Of a DNA stretch of 64,000 bases, positions 1 to 8,455 are shown piece by piece. A model generated the notes under the pieces. That model did not search any database. It was not told the origin of the DNA and worked only from the letters and a program-made list of their open reading frames with translations. Numbering within the stretch: the first letter of the stretch is position 1; each line of letters begins with the position of its first letter. Source of the stretch: an uncultured Nitrospiraceae bacterium (GTDB taxonomy: Bacteria; Nitrospirota; Thermodesulfovibrionia; Thermodesulfovibrionales; SM23-35). The position numbers and the translations under genes are program-made. The stretch covers positions 430,014 to 494,013 of the forward strand of contig CAVRAA010000009.1 in the NCBI GenBank assembly GCA_963718855.1, written 5' to 3'.

Positions 1-807
1 ATCTTTCAGTTCCTCCCGCAACGGCTCTTTCTTTTCGGGTTTTTTCACCTCGGACGAAACCCCGTGCCCGCTCCGGGTATAACACTGTATTTCAGAGCTC
101 TGGTAATCAATGACGATATGGGAGTCCTTTTGAAACACCTTGAGCTTCCGCTGTTTTTGGGGAGATAAACGGCTCACCGTAGCAAGCGCCGCACAGCCGT
201 TCTGAAACTCAAGCCATGCCTTTGCAACATCGATCTTGTCGGTGAGGACCTTCGCGCCCGTCGCCCATATCCTTTTGATCGGCTGGGCAACAAGGCTCAG
301 CATGATGTCGATGTCATGAATCATGAGATCGAGGGTAACGTCAACGTCGGTCCCTCTTCCAAGAAAAGGCGAGAGCCGCTCGGACTCGATAAACACCGGC
401 GCGTGGATCAAGTCGGAAGCCGCTATTATTGCGGGGTTATATCGCTCAAGGTGACCTACCTGAATAAGACAGCCTGATTTTTTTGCATCTCTTATCAGCG
501 TATCTGCTTCTTTGACCGTCGTTGTTATCGGCTTCTCTATAAGAATATCCTTCCCTGCCTTCAGGCAGTCGCGGGCGACAGCATAATGGGTTGTCGTAGG
601 GGTAACAATGCTGAGGGCGTCGGTGCTATCAATAAGGTCTTTATAAAGGGAGAACGCCTTGCAGCCGTATTTCGCCGCGATTTCATCAGCCCTTGCCGTA
701 TCACTGTCGGCAACGCCGACAAGCACAGCGCCCTCAAGATCGGAATAAATCCGCGCGTGGTGCTGCCCCAGATACCCGACCCCGATAACCCCTACCCTAA
801 CAGCCAA
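1..807 (-). CDS. Gfo/Idh/MocA family NAD(P)-dependent oxidoreductase (3' end lies outside the window)
   Basis: My own minus-strand translation. TTG start at 807 is preceded by AGGAGG. The N-terminus MAVRVGVIGVGYLGQHH is a Rossmann GxGxxG, followed by ILIEKP, typical of the family. Absent from the ORF track because it is open at the window edge. Confidence 0.8.
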   Translation of the reverse strand, partial: MAVRVGVIGVGYLGQHHARIYSDLEGAVLVGVADSDTARADEIAAKYGCKAFSLYKDLIDSTDALSIVTPTTTHYAVARDCLKAGKDILIEKPITTTVKEADTLIRDAKKSGCLIQVGHLERYNPAIIAASDLIHAPVFIESERLSPFLGRGTDVDVTLDLMIHDIDIMLSLVAQPIKRIWATGAKVLTDKIDVAKAWLEFQNGCAALATVSRLSPQKQRKLKVFQKDSHIVIDYQSSEIQCYTRSGHGVSSEVKKPEKKEPLREELKD

Positions 808-874
808 CCGTCCTCCTGTTATGAACTGCTTCTGGATCTTTGTCATTCCCCATTCGAACATGTTCGCTACGGAT

Positions 875-985
875 GACGGGATGGAATTGTATTTTCGCGG
901 ATTTAGCCCGATGCAATCGGGGGACCTCGGAGGTCCCGATGAATATCGGGACCGAGAATGAGCGAAAAGACAGTTCCATCCTGTC
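875..985. repeat. MITE/REP-like element: 16-bp terminal inverted repeat enclosing three short GC hairpins
   Basis: gacgggatggaattgt (875-890) matches the reverse complement of acagttccatcctgtc (970-985) at 14 of 16 positions. Internal hairpins are cccgatgcaatcggg, gggacctcggaggtccc and cccgatgaatatcggg. Confidence 0.4.
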
Positions 986-1002
986 AGTTCTTTTTTTCGG
1001 CA

Positions 1003-2013
1003 TCATAGGGAATTACTCACCTTTTTTATCTCTTCCAGTTTTTTCAGCGCCATGCCCGAATCAATCGACTCCGCCGCAATGCTGAAGGCATCCTTGAAAT
1101 CTTCTGTCTTTCCTCCAACCACAAGAGCGACAGCGGAATTCATGAGGACGATATCGCGCTTCGGGCTTTTTTCACCCTTGAGAATCGAGAGGGTAATAGC
1201 TGCATTATCATTTTTGTCGCCTCCGCGGATATGCTCGATCGTTGTCCTCCATATCCCGAAATCCTCGGGTGCTATTACGAAGTTGTCAACTTCCGAATCT
1301 TTCCAACGTGAAACTTTTGTTTTATCGGTAACGCTCACCTCATCGAGACCGTCCTCGCCATGGACAACCATTGCATGAATGGCTCCGAGATTACCGAGGA
1401 CCATGGCAAGCGTCTCCGTAAGCTTATCAGCAAACACTCCGAGAATCTGCCTTTTCGCGCCTGCGGGATTTGTAAGGGGACCGAGGATGTTGAAGATCGT
1501 CCGTATTCCCATCTCGCGGCGCGGTCCGATAGCGTACTTCATCGCCGGATGGAATAACGGAGCAAAGAGAAAACCGAATCTGGTATCGAAAAGGCATTGT
1601 TCAACCTTCCCCGGAGGCAAATCTATTTTCACACCCAAAGCCTCAAGAACATCAGCGCTTCCCGAGCGGCTCGATACGGAGCGGTTGCCGTGCTTCGCAA
1701 CCGGCAATCCTGTACCTGCAACCACAAAAGCAACCGTAGTAGAGATATTGAAGGTATGAGACATATCACCGCCTGTCCCGCAGGTATCGAGAACGCCTTC
1801 AGGTGCCCTGATAGTGGTCGCCTTCTCCCTCATGATCTTCGCCGCCCCTGTTATCTCCTCGACGGTTTCTCCCTTCACCCTGAGTGCGGAAAGAAACGCT
1901 CCAATCTGGGCATCCGTAGCCTTCCCCTCCATGATTTCCCGCATGCATTCCGCCATCTCGCTTTCGGAAAGGTTGATGTTGTTCACAAACATATGGATCG
2001 CTTCTTTGATCAT
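1003..2013 (-). CDS. trpD: anthranilate phosphoribosyltransferase
   Basis: 336-aa ORF with the GTGGD motif (DTCGTGGDMSHTFNISTT) and KHGNRSVSSRSGSADVLEALG. Sits in trpE-trpG-trpD order. Confidence 0.95.
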   Translation of the reverse strand: MIKEAIHMFVNNINLSESEMAECMREIMEGKATDAQIGAFLSALRVKGETVEEITGAAKIMREKATTIRAPEGVLDTCGTGGDMSHTFNISTTVAFVVAGTGLPVAKHGNRSVSSRSGSADVLEALGVKIDLPPGKVEQCLFDTRFGFLFAPLFHPAMKYAIGPRREMGIRTIFNILGPLTNPAGAKRQILGVFADKLTETLAMVLGNLGAIHAMVVHGEDGLDEVSVTDKTKVSRWKDSEVDNFVIAPEDFGIWRTTIEHIRGGDKNDNAAITLSILKGEKSPKRDIVLMNSAVALVVGGKTEDFKDAFSIAAESIDSGMALKKLEEIKKVSNSL

Positions 2014-2019
2014 CGCGTT

Positions 2020-2592
2020 CTATGACACTCTCAAACCGAGGAAATTTTTCAGAAGGTCTTTGCCGGACGTTGTGAGAATGGACTCGGGGTGGAACTGCAC
2101 TCCCTCGAGCACAAACTGTTTATGACGGACCCCCATGATTTCTCCGGCATCCGTCCATGCGGTAATGTCGAGACAATCAGGGAGGGTCTCCCTTTTTATG
2201 AGGAGGGAATGATACCGCGTTGCTTCGAACGGATTCGGCAGCCCCTTGTAGAGCGTTTTGCCGTCGTGGTGAATCGATGAAGTCTTTCCGTGCATAAGCC
2301 TTGGGGCCCGTATGATATCCCCTCCGTATGCGGCGCCTATGGATTGATGGCCAAGGCATACCCCCAGAATCGGAATCGCTCCTGCAAAATGCCTCACCAC
2401 CGCTATCGAGATCCCGGCCTCTTTCGGCGTGCAGGGCCCTGGTGAGATAACAATTCTTTCAGGGTCCAGCTTCTCTATTTCCTGAATGGTGATTTTGTCA
2501 TTCCTGAAAACCCGTATCTCCTCTCCCAGCTCGCCAAAATACTGCACGAGGTTATAGGTAAAGGAATCGTAATTGTCGATCATCAATAACAT
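2020..2592 (-). CDS. trpG: anthranilate synthase component II (class-I glutamine amidotransferase, TrpG/PabA type)
   Basis: 190-aa ORF with the catalytic triad context GVCLGHQ ... FHPES. Flanked by trpE and trpD. Confidence 0.9.
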   Translation of the reverse strand: MLLMIDNYDSFTYNLVQYFGELGEEIRVFRNDKITIQEIEKLDPERIVISPGPCTPKEAGISIAVVRHFAGAIPILGVCLGHQSIGAAYGGDIIRAPRLMHGKTSSIHHDGKTLYKGLPNPFEATRYHSLLIKRETLPDCLDITAWTDAGEIMGVRHKQFVLEGVQFHPESILTTSGKDLLKNFLGLRVS

Positions 2593-2597
2593 GATAG

Positions 2598-2632
2598 AAG
2601 TTAAAAGTGAAAAGTTAAGAGTGAAAAGTTAT
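2598..2632. repeat. heptamer-built repeat (GAAAAGT/TAAGAGT units), left arm bracketing the four-helix-bundle gene
   Basis: gaagttaaaagtgaaaagttaagagtgaaaagtta is made of the same 7-nt units as 3013-3042 but in inverse orientation. The same unit type occurs at 4632-4714 and 24508-24542. Confidence 0.6.
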
Positions 2633-3006
2633 TACCTCTTAACATCGACAGTTCTCCTCTCTTTTGATGTTTTCACAATGGCTGATAAGATATTTTTCAG
2701 ATTTTCAGACTCCTCTAGGATTTCCTCGATATTTATATCTTTCAGGAGACCGGCATCTCTTATTAATCTCAACCAGTAATTTGACTCCCTGGCTTCTTTT
2801 AAAGCAATGTTCATCTTAAATATGAAATCATCTTTACTGAAGGCACCAGTTGCCTCTTCAACATTTGCACCAATCGACGTTCCGGACTTCATTAATTGAC
2901 GCCCAAGAACAAACCCCGCAGTATCTTTGGGCAATTTTATTGTCAGTTTTATTATATTGATTGAGAATTCGTAAGCCCTTTCTTTTATTTTCTTATCATC
3001 TTTCAT
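2632..3006 (-). CDS. four-helix-bundle protein (the family encoded in 23S rRNA intervening sequences)
   Basis: 124-aa ORF with GRQLMKSGTSIGANVEEA ... DFIFKMNIALKEARESNYWLRL, the signature of the family. Lies exactly between the trpE stop and the trpG start. Confidence 0.8.
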   Translation of the reverse strand: MKDDKKIKERAYEFSINIIKLTIKLPKDTAGFVLGRQLMKSGTSIGANVEEATGAFSKDDFIFKMNIALKEARESNYWLRLIRDAGLLKDINIEEILEESENLKNILSAIVKTSKERRTVDVKR

Positions 3007-3012
3007 AAGTCT

Positions 3013-3042
3013 TAACTTTTAACTTTCAACTTTTAACTCTTA
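3013..3042. repeat. heptamer-built repeat, right arm bracketing the four-helix-bundle gene (overlaps the trpE stop codon)
   Basis: taacttttaactttcaacttttaactctta is an inverse-orientation copy of the unit type seen at 2598-2632. Confidence 0.6.
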
Positions 3043-4563
3043 CCCTAACTCCGTTTCTGCCATTTCGACTGCCCGCATCATCCCCATCGCTTTATTGACC
3101 GTCTCTTCATATTCTTTCTCCGGGACAGAATCCGCGACAATGCCGGCGCCGGCCTGAACATATACCCGGTTGCCCTTTATAATGAGCGTTCTTATCGTTA
3201 TGCAGGTGTCCATATTCCCCGAATAGCTGAAATATCCGACAGCTCCGGCATATGGCCCTCGTTTCGTTGGTTCAAGCTCCTGTATAATCTCCATCGCCCT
3301 CACCTTCGGAGCGCCTGTCACTGTTCCCGCCGGGAAACATGCCCCCAATACATCGAAAGCATCGAGCCCCTTGCCGAGCGTCCCTTCCACATTCGAGACA
3401 AGATGCATAACATGACTGTACCGCTCGACATTCATCAGTTCCGTAACCTTCACCGATCCGGTCTCTGCAACCCTTCCGACATCGTTTCTGCCAAGGTCTA
3501 CCAGCATGATATGCTCCGCCATTTCTTTGGGATCTCTCTTGAGTTCCTCCTCAAGGGACCTGTCCTCTTCTTCGGTTTCACCACGTTTCCGGGTGCCTGC
3601 AATCGGCCGCAGAATAATTTTATTCCCTTCAAGGCGGACCAGAATTTCAGGAGACGACCCCACAAGCTTTGCATCTCCGGTGTCGATGTAATACATATAG
3701 GGGGAGGGGTTGATGACCCGAAGCGCCCTGTAAATGTTGAACGGAGGGATAGCAAATGGACGGTCGAATCGCTGTGACAAAACCACCTGGACCACATCTC
3801 CGGACATGACATACTCCTTCCCCTTGACGACCGCCTGTTCAAACGCATCCCGGGTGGTGAAGGATGACGCATATGCGGAAAGCGCCTCAGCGCTGCCTGA
3901 GTGAACGGATGACAAATCGGGCGACTCTTTTCCTTTGCCCCTTGTTTTTCGGAGAGAAGGTCTTGAACTTCTCAGTTTCTCGATAATGGCATCTATTTTT
4001 TCTTCAGCTTCCTGATATGCCTCCTCAGGAGACCTGTTGCTGAGGTCAGCATTCGAGACGACCTTTATTTTTCCTTTCAGGTTGTCGAATATAACAACCG
4101 TATCAGTGCTCATAAGGAATATATCGGGAAGTCTGAGTCCCTTCTTTTTGTCAGCGGGGATGTTCTCAAAAAATCTCACCGTGTCATAGCCGATATAGCC
4201 GACGAGGCCGCCGAAGAACCTCGGCAGGCCCGGGACATCAACCGGGCGGTACGCCTTGATTTCCTTTTTTATCACTTCAAAAGGATTCTCCGACTCAAAT
4301 ATCCGGGACCCTGCAACGCGGTCTTTTATCTCGACTTTTTTCCCCCAACTCCGGATCACCCGCGATGGTTTCGACCCCAGAAAAGAATAGCGCGCCCACT
4401 TTTCGCCTCCCTCAACGCTCTCGAGCAGGAATGAAGGTGAACCGCCGAGTTTCATGGCAGCTGATACAGGGGTATCAGTATCGGCAAGTATCTCCCGGTA
4501 GACAGGGACAAGGTTCCCCCGGGAAGAGAGGGATATAAAATTCTTCAGGTCCGGGATCAGCAT
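3040..4563 (-). CDS. trpE: anthranilate synthase component I
   Basis: 507-aa ORF with the N-terminal LLESVEGGEKWARYSF motif and a chorismate-binding C-terminal half (GAPKVRAMEII, YAGAVGYFS). Confidence 0.95.
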   Translation of the reverse strand: MLIPDLKNFISLSSRGNLVPVYREILADTDTPVSAAMKLGGSPSFLLESVEGGEKWARYSFLGSKPSRVIRSWGKKVEIKDRVAGSRIFESENPFEVIKKEIKAYRPVDVPGLPRFFGGLVGYIGYDTVRFFENIPADKKKGLRLPDIFLMSTDTVVIFDNLKGKIKVVSNADLSNRSPEEAYQEAEEKIDAIIEKLRSSRPSLRKTRGKGKESPDLSSVHSGSAEALSAYASSFTTRDAFEQAVVKGKEYVMSGDVVQVVLSQRFDRPFAIPPFNIYRALRVINPSPYMYYIDTGDAKLVGSSPEILVRLEGNKIILRPIAGTRKRGETEEEDRSLEEELKRDPKEMAEHIMLVDLGRNDVGRVAETGSVKVTELMNVERYSHVMHLVSNVEGTLGKGLDAFDVLGACFPAGTVTGAPKVRAMEIIQELEPTKRGPYAGAVGYFSYSGNMDTCITIRTLIIKGNRVYVQAGAGIVADSVPEKEYEETVNKAMGMMRAVEMAETELG

Positions 4564-4608
4564 ATTGACAAAATCTGTCCTTTCTTAGTATTTTTAAAGG
4601 TGACGTTT

Positions 4609-4638
4609 ATTATAGCCTATTGCTTTCTTACAAGTTAA
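4609..4638 (-). promoter_or_regulatory. candidate sigma70-type promoter of the trp operon
   Basis: On the minus strand there is a perfect TATAAT (4614-4609), 18 nt downstream of TTAACT (4638-4633). The trpE ATG is about 45 nt further on, after AAAGGA. Confidence 0.35.
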
Positions 4639-4714
4639 GAGTTGAAAGTTAAAAGTTAAAAGTTTACAATTCCTTGCCTCACACTTCTAACTCTTAACTT
4701 TTAACTTTTCACTT
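4632..4714. repeat. long imperfect hairpin built from GTTAAAA/GTTGAAA heptamers (an empty version of the cassette arms)
   Basis: The left arm 4632-4663 matches the reverse complement of the right arm 4683-4714 at 27 of 32 positions (hand count). The loop is about 19 nt. Confidence 0.6.
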
Positions 4715-4719
4715 ACCGT

Positions 4720-4795
4720 GCGGGAATAGCTCAGCTGGTAGAGCACAACCTTGCCAAGGTTGGGGTCGCGGGTTCGAGTCCCGTTTCCCGCTCCA
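4720..4795 (+). tRNA. tRNA-Gly (anticodon GCC)
   Basis: Cloverleaf folded by hand: acceptor GCGGGAA/TTCCCGC, D arm GCTC-AGCTGGTA-GAGC, anticodon arm CAACC-TTGCCAA-GGTTG, T arm GCGGG-TTCGAGT-CCCGT, encoded CCA. Confidence 0.9.
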
Positions 4796-4811
4796 TCTTT
4801 CTAAACATAAG

Positions 4812-4915
4812 AGTAGTAAGTAGGTAGTAGTAGTAGGTAGTAGGTAGTAGGTAGTAGGTAGTAGGTAGTTCCCTACATTCTATCTACTACCTACTACCTA
4901 CTGTTTACTGTCTAC
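4812..4915. repeat. tandem GGTAGTA heptamer tract folding back on its complement (long imperfect hairpin between the two tRNAs)
   Basis: (ggtagta) is repeated about six times at 4830-4869, followed at once by ctactacctactacctact in inverse orientation. Confidence 0.6.
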
Positions 4916-4924
4916 TTTCTCAAG

Positions 4925-5000
4925 GGCGGCGTACCCAAGTGGCTAAGGGGGAGGTCTGCAAAACCTTTATGCAGCGGTTCAAATCCGCTCGCCGCCTCCA
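4925..5000 (+). tRNA. tRNA-Cys (anticodon GCA)
   Basis: Acceptor GGCGGCG/CGCCGCC, anticodon arm GAGGT-CTGCAAA-ACCTT, T arm AGCGG-TTCAAAT-CCGCT, encoded CCA. Confidence 0.85.
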
Positions 5001-6817
5001 ATCAGCAACGATTCAAGCAGTGCCGGATCAATTTTCCTGCGCTGAAAATATTCCTTCTCGAGCGTTTCTATATAGAATCTGTCGAGCCCGCTGTTGTTGA
5101 GAAAGTCCTCCCTCAATGAGCCGTCTTTGTTTTCAAGGATCAGGGGTAACAGATGATTGAGATACAGCGATTCTTTTCTCAGATCAATAAACACCTTATC
5201 GAACAGTTTTTTCGTCACACCGCCGGCAACCCCTTTCTCTGCAAGTTCCCGTGATATGTCCTCCCGTGTCTTTTCACGTCCTTTGGCAGTATCCAGCCCC
5301 GGGAAGAAACTCCGCATCCTTTCTTTAAGGGCAGCATACACATACCGATAAATCTTTTCTTCATCCGCGATGGCCTTGATCTCTGAAATGACGTCCCGCA
5401 GGGATGCATCGCCCGCAGAAATCTTTTTCATTCCCTTCGACAGTGCGCTGATCTTTCTTTTGCCGTAGCTCGTAACGTATTTATTGCGGAGCAGTTCTTT
5501 GATAAAGAGATCGTCAAAGAGTTTTGCATCAAATGCATCGAATTCCTTTTTATTCCCCATGAGGCTCCTCAGGGCGTCTTCCGTAAATTCGATATTTTCC
5601 ATAAAGGCTATCTGGCTCAATAAGGTGGAGACATTGTCATACCTGTCGAAGTAGGTCGCGATGGATGTAAATTCCTCAAAGAGGTTGAAATCGTTTGTTT
5701 CACGGACAATCTCGTCGCATGCCCTGACAGTATCGAGAAGGATCTGCTCAAAACCTTTGTCCCCCTTTGAATCCGCTATCTGTTTCGCCTTGATCAACCG
5801 GACAATATCTTCATTGATGATGTGTCTTTTCAGGCTGGGGTCCTTAAAAAAAAGGCTCTGGAGTATTGCCCGCGTTTCCTTGAGGTAATCGGGCTCTTCG
5901 ATCTCCTGAATCTTTCGCCCTTTTAGAAGAAGATCATCGAGGGTTTCGAACAGTACACTGGGGATATTATTTCTTATGCCGAGAGTTTTCAGCCTCCCGA
6001 GCTTCGCATATTCTGACTGCGGAAGGGTATCCTTCAAAATTCCGCTGAGCAGGATATCGCGGTACTCATCGACCACACGCTTGTTCTCAGGGTGTCGGTA
6101 CATGATGTCGATCTTCATACGTTCCTGTTGGTAACGGTCAATGCGGCAGCGTGCAACGATCTCCTCCATATAGAGTTCCTCATTCGAAGAGAGGGACCTT
6201 TCCCCTGCGTAGAGTCCGGAATACGCCTTGTAGAACTCCTGGTTTCCTGCATGGATAAGCTTGAAGATCAGCACCTGCGAGTGCTTTTCGTCCAATTCGG
6301 ATAAAAAATGTGCGAGGAGAGAGGTGTCCATATTTTCGGTGATAAAATACGTCCGCTTGAGGAACTTCCCGACGGCCCCGAGGATGTCCTGCTGCCTCTT
6401 TTTGTACTCACCGCTGAAATCCGATGAAACGAAGAAATAGTAATTCTTGACCGCATGCCCCTGCAGAAAAAGACGGTAAAAAGACTCCCGTCCTTCGACA
6501 TCGTTCGTGAAAACCACCCGTTCGCCCGCATCGAGGAACGCCCCGAACATGATAAGCCTGTTGGCTATTTCCCTCTTCATCAGGTCCTTGAACGGTTTTT
6601 CCACGCCGAACATGTATTCGCAGAAACTTCCGCCGATCCCTTTGTAATGGAGCCCTTCTTCCGTAATGGTGAATTCGTTCCCCCTGGAGAAGAACCTTAC
6701 CCCTTGCGGGCTCTCTTCATAAAAATAGGTTTTATAGGCCCCTTCACCGCCGAGGAAGGCGAAATATTCTACCGGGCCGATATTTCCATGCAGTCTCACA
6801 TCGCTGATCATGAACAA
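4979..6817 (-). CDS. hypothetical protein (612 aa, soluble, no motif I can place)
   Basis: A long uninterrupted ORF with ordinary composition. Its last ~22 nt overlap the 3' end of tRNA-Cys on the opposite strand. Confidence 0.6.
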   Translation of the reverse strand: MFMISDVRLHGNIGPVEYFAFLGGEGAYKTYFYEESPQGVRFFSRGNEFTITEEGLHYKGIGGSFCEYMFGVEKPFKDLMKREIANRLIMFGAFLDAGERVVFTNDVEGRESFYRLFLQGHAVKNYYFFVSSDFSGEYKKRQQDILGAVGKFLKRTYFITENMDTSLLAHFLSELDEKHSQVLIFKLIHAGNQEFYKAYSGLYAGERSLSSNEELYMEEIVARCRIDRYQQERMKIDIMYRHPENKRVVDEYRDILLSGILKDTLPQSEYAKLGRLKTLGIRNNIPSVLFETLDDLLLKGRKIQEIEEPDYLKETRAILQSLFFKDPSLKRHIINEDIVRLIKAKQIADSKGDKGFEQILLDTVRACDEIVRETNDFNLFEEFTSIATYFDRYDNVSTLLSQIAFMENIEFTEDALRSLMGNKKEFDAFDAKLFDDLFIKELLRNKYVTSYGKRKISALSKGMKKISAGDASLRDVISEIKAIADEEKIYRYVYAALKERMRSFFPGLDTAKGREKTREDISRELAEKGVAGGVTKKLFDKVFIDLRKESLYLNHLLPLILENKDGSLREDFLNNSGLDRFYIETLEKEYFQRRKIDPALLESLLIGGGERI

Positions 6818-6886
6818 AATATATCACAGGATCGGGGGAATATGCTATGAGATGAACGAACGTCAGGCAACAGGAGCAGGGTTAAT

Positions 6887-6976
6887 GAAGAACCCCGCAG
6901 CAGAGCTGCGAGGTATCTTATCGTAAGGAGTTACTATTTTCATATTCGCTCGCTAAACCCGCAGCTAGCTGCGAGG
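6887..6976. repeat. two copies of a ccgcagc-NNN-gctgcg(a)gg hairpin; the first belongs to a family also present at 45467-45493
   Basis: Compare gaagaaccccgcagcagagctgcgagg (6887-6913) with gaagaaccctgcggcagagaccgcaggg (45467-45493). The second hairpin, cccgcagctagctgcgagg (6958-6976), overlaps the stop of the 452-aa gene. Confidence 0.45.
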
Positions 6977-8323
6977 AATGCGCTCGCTATCCGATTCAGG
7001 CGGGTTGACGGAATCGGTCCGGCCTTTTGAGAGCGTCTTCAGGTCTGCGAAGATATCCTTAATGCCCTGATACCGGTCTTCTCTCACTTTTCTGAGACAC
7101 CTGATAACAATTTCATCGAGCCAGTCAGGAACGTCTTCCACGAGATCGGCAACACTGACTGATCCAATGCCCTCAAGGCTTCCGGTGAGCATTTCATAAA
7201 GAATTACTCCTGCTGAATAGATATCCGCACTCTCGTCCGGGGCAATCCCTCTGACAATTTCGGGCGGGGCGTAGGGAGGAGACTGACGCCTTTTGAGAAA
7301 TGAGATATTGTTCCGCGCATCGACAGCGATATTGTCAGGGCTTAAAAGCCCGTATTGCAGGCCGTTCTTGTATGCCTCCTGAAGACCCCTCAGTATCTGT
7401 ACCCAGAGCTTCAGGCCAAGTCTCGCCTCTATTTTTCCATTCCGGATAAAACCCCTCAGCGCTGTTTTCCCTGCCGGCATTTCTTCCTCCTCAAATTGAG
7501 GTTGCAGAGAAAGCGCCAGAGACTGCAGTCTCTTGTTTACATCCTTATAAACGGGGGAAACAGACTCTATCTCCCTGAAAACATCCATCGCTTTTTGCGG
7601 CTGCCCTGTTTCTTCAAGGAGCATGGCATATAAATAGAAGTCTTCAAGCGTAGCACGGTCCGGTTTCTTTTCGAAGAGATGAATCTGCAGCATTTCAGCG
7701 GCTTCGCTGAACATGCCTTCCTGTTTGAGAAGCATGGCAGCTTTTTTATATTCACCGGCTTCCCTGTAAGCCTTCACTGCATACATTGTTTTCCCTGCCT
7801 GCTCCATCACTTTTGCCACATCGATTTTCTTCCCCGCCTTATCATAGAGGGTTGCCGCCTCATCGAACTCACCTTCCAGCATCGCCACTTCCGCAGCGTC
7901 ATCGAAACTGCCCGCCTTTGCATACATCTCCTTGGACTTATCGGTCATCCCTAACGCATCATAAAGCAGGGCAGCCTGACGGTAATCTCCGCCCTTCTCA
8001 TAAAGCGCTGAAGCCTTCCGATAGTCTTTCAGCTTTTTTTCATAGACACGCGCTGCCGAGACAAAACTACCCGTTTTTTCGAGCCCTTCAGCTTCTTTCC
8101 GGTAATCCTCAATCACAGTGGTCTTCAGCTTCTTTGCAATGGTCTGTTTGTAGATGAATCTGATCAGAAAAAATAAAGCGACGAGGACAGGAACAATGAT
8201 GATGAGAGACAGGGCAAAAAGCCCTTTGCTCGCCCCTTCGGGCAAAGGCTCATTGAAGGCTGGTTGCCCGACAGACGGGATGCCGAAGCGAAATACGAAA
8301 TCAATCAGCAGGGCGGTAATCAA
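6965..8323 (-). CDS. membrane-anchored protein with TPR-like helical repeats and a C-terminal Ser/Thr-kinase C-lobe remnant (predicted pseudokinase)
   Basis: One TM segment (LFALSLIIIVPVLVALFFLI), then repeated A/K/E-rich helical pairs, then YGLLSPDNI ... APPE ... DIYSAGVILYEMLTG ... R. This is a kinase C-lobe without a Gly-loop, VAIK Lys, HRD Asp or DFG. Confidence 0.6.
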   Translation of the reverse strand: MITALLIDFVFRFGIPSVGQPAFNEPLPEGASKGLFALSLIIIVPVLVALFFLIRFIYKQTIAKKLKTTVIEDYRKEAEGLEKTGSFVSAARVYEKKLKDYRKASALYEKGGDYRQAALLYDALGMTDKSKEMYAKAGSFDDAAEVAMLEGEFDEAATLYDKAGKKIDVAKVMEQAGKTMYAVKAYREAGEYKKAAMLLKQEGMFSEAAEMLQIHLFEKKPDRATLEDFYLYAMLLEETGQPQKAMDVFREIESVSPVYKDVNKRLQSLALSLQPQFEEEEMPAGKTALRGFIRNGKIEARLGLKLWVQILRGLQEAYKNGLQYGLLSPDNIAVDARNNISFLKRRQSPPYAPPEIVRGIAPDESADIYSAGVILYEMLTGSLEGIGSVSVADLVEDVPDWLDEIVIRCLRKVREDRYQGIKDIFADLKTLSKGRTDSVNPPESDSERIPRS

Positions 8324-8364
8324 GAAATACCTCCGCGTTCATCTATTTTGTATATTATCATAAC

Positions 8365-8401
8365 CCCCTCACCCTTGCCCTCTCCCGCCAGGGGAGAGGG
8401 A
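8365..8401. repeat. REP-like hairpin ccctcacccttgccctctccc-N-gggagaggg (family also at 45394-45429)
   Basis: A near-identical 30-mer occurs at both sites. It translates as SPLPSPARGEG in the spurious 5' extension of the ORF. Confidence 0.55.
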
Positions 8402-8455
8402 TACACTTTCCCTGCTCATATTGCCGAAAAGAGCCATTTTGGCTATGATAGGGTT

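Noticed and set aside
586-876. 96-aa plus-strand ORF at the left edge.
   Set aside because: It lies antisense to the well-supported Gfo/Idh/MocA gene (1-807, minus strand) and has no motif or RBS.
4564-4720. trp attenuator or leader peptide upstream of trpE.
   Set aside because: There is no short ORF with tandem Trp codons on the minus strand. The hairpin there belongs to the heptamer-repeat family found elsewhere, not to an alternative terminator/antiterminator pair.
4805-4920. Possible CRISPR-like or microsatellite locus (GGTAGTA repeats).
   Set aside because: It is a 7-nt tandem tract folding on its own complement. There is no repeat-spacer organisation.
8264-8455. N-terminal extension of the lytic transglycosylase ORF (start at 8264).
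   Set aside because: The extension translates a REP hairpin (SPLPSPARGEG) and overlaps the divergent gene. A signal-peptide start at 8456 fits far better.
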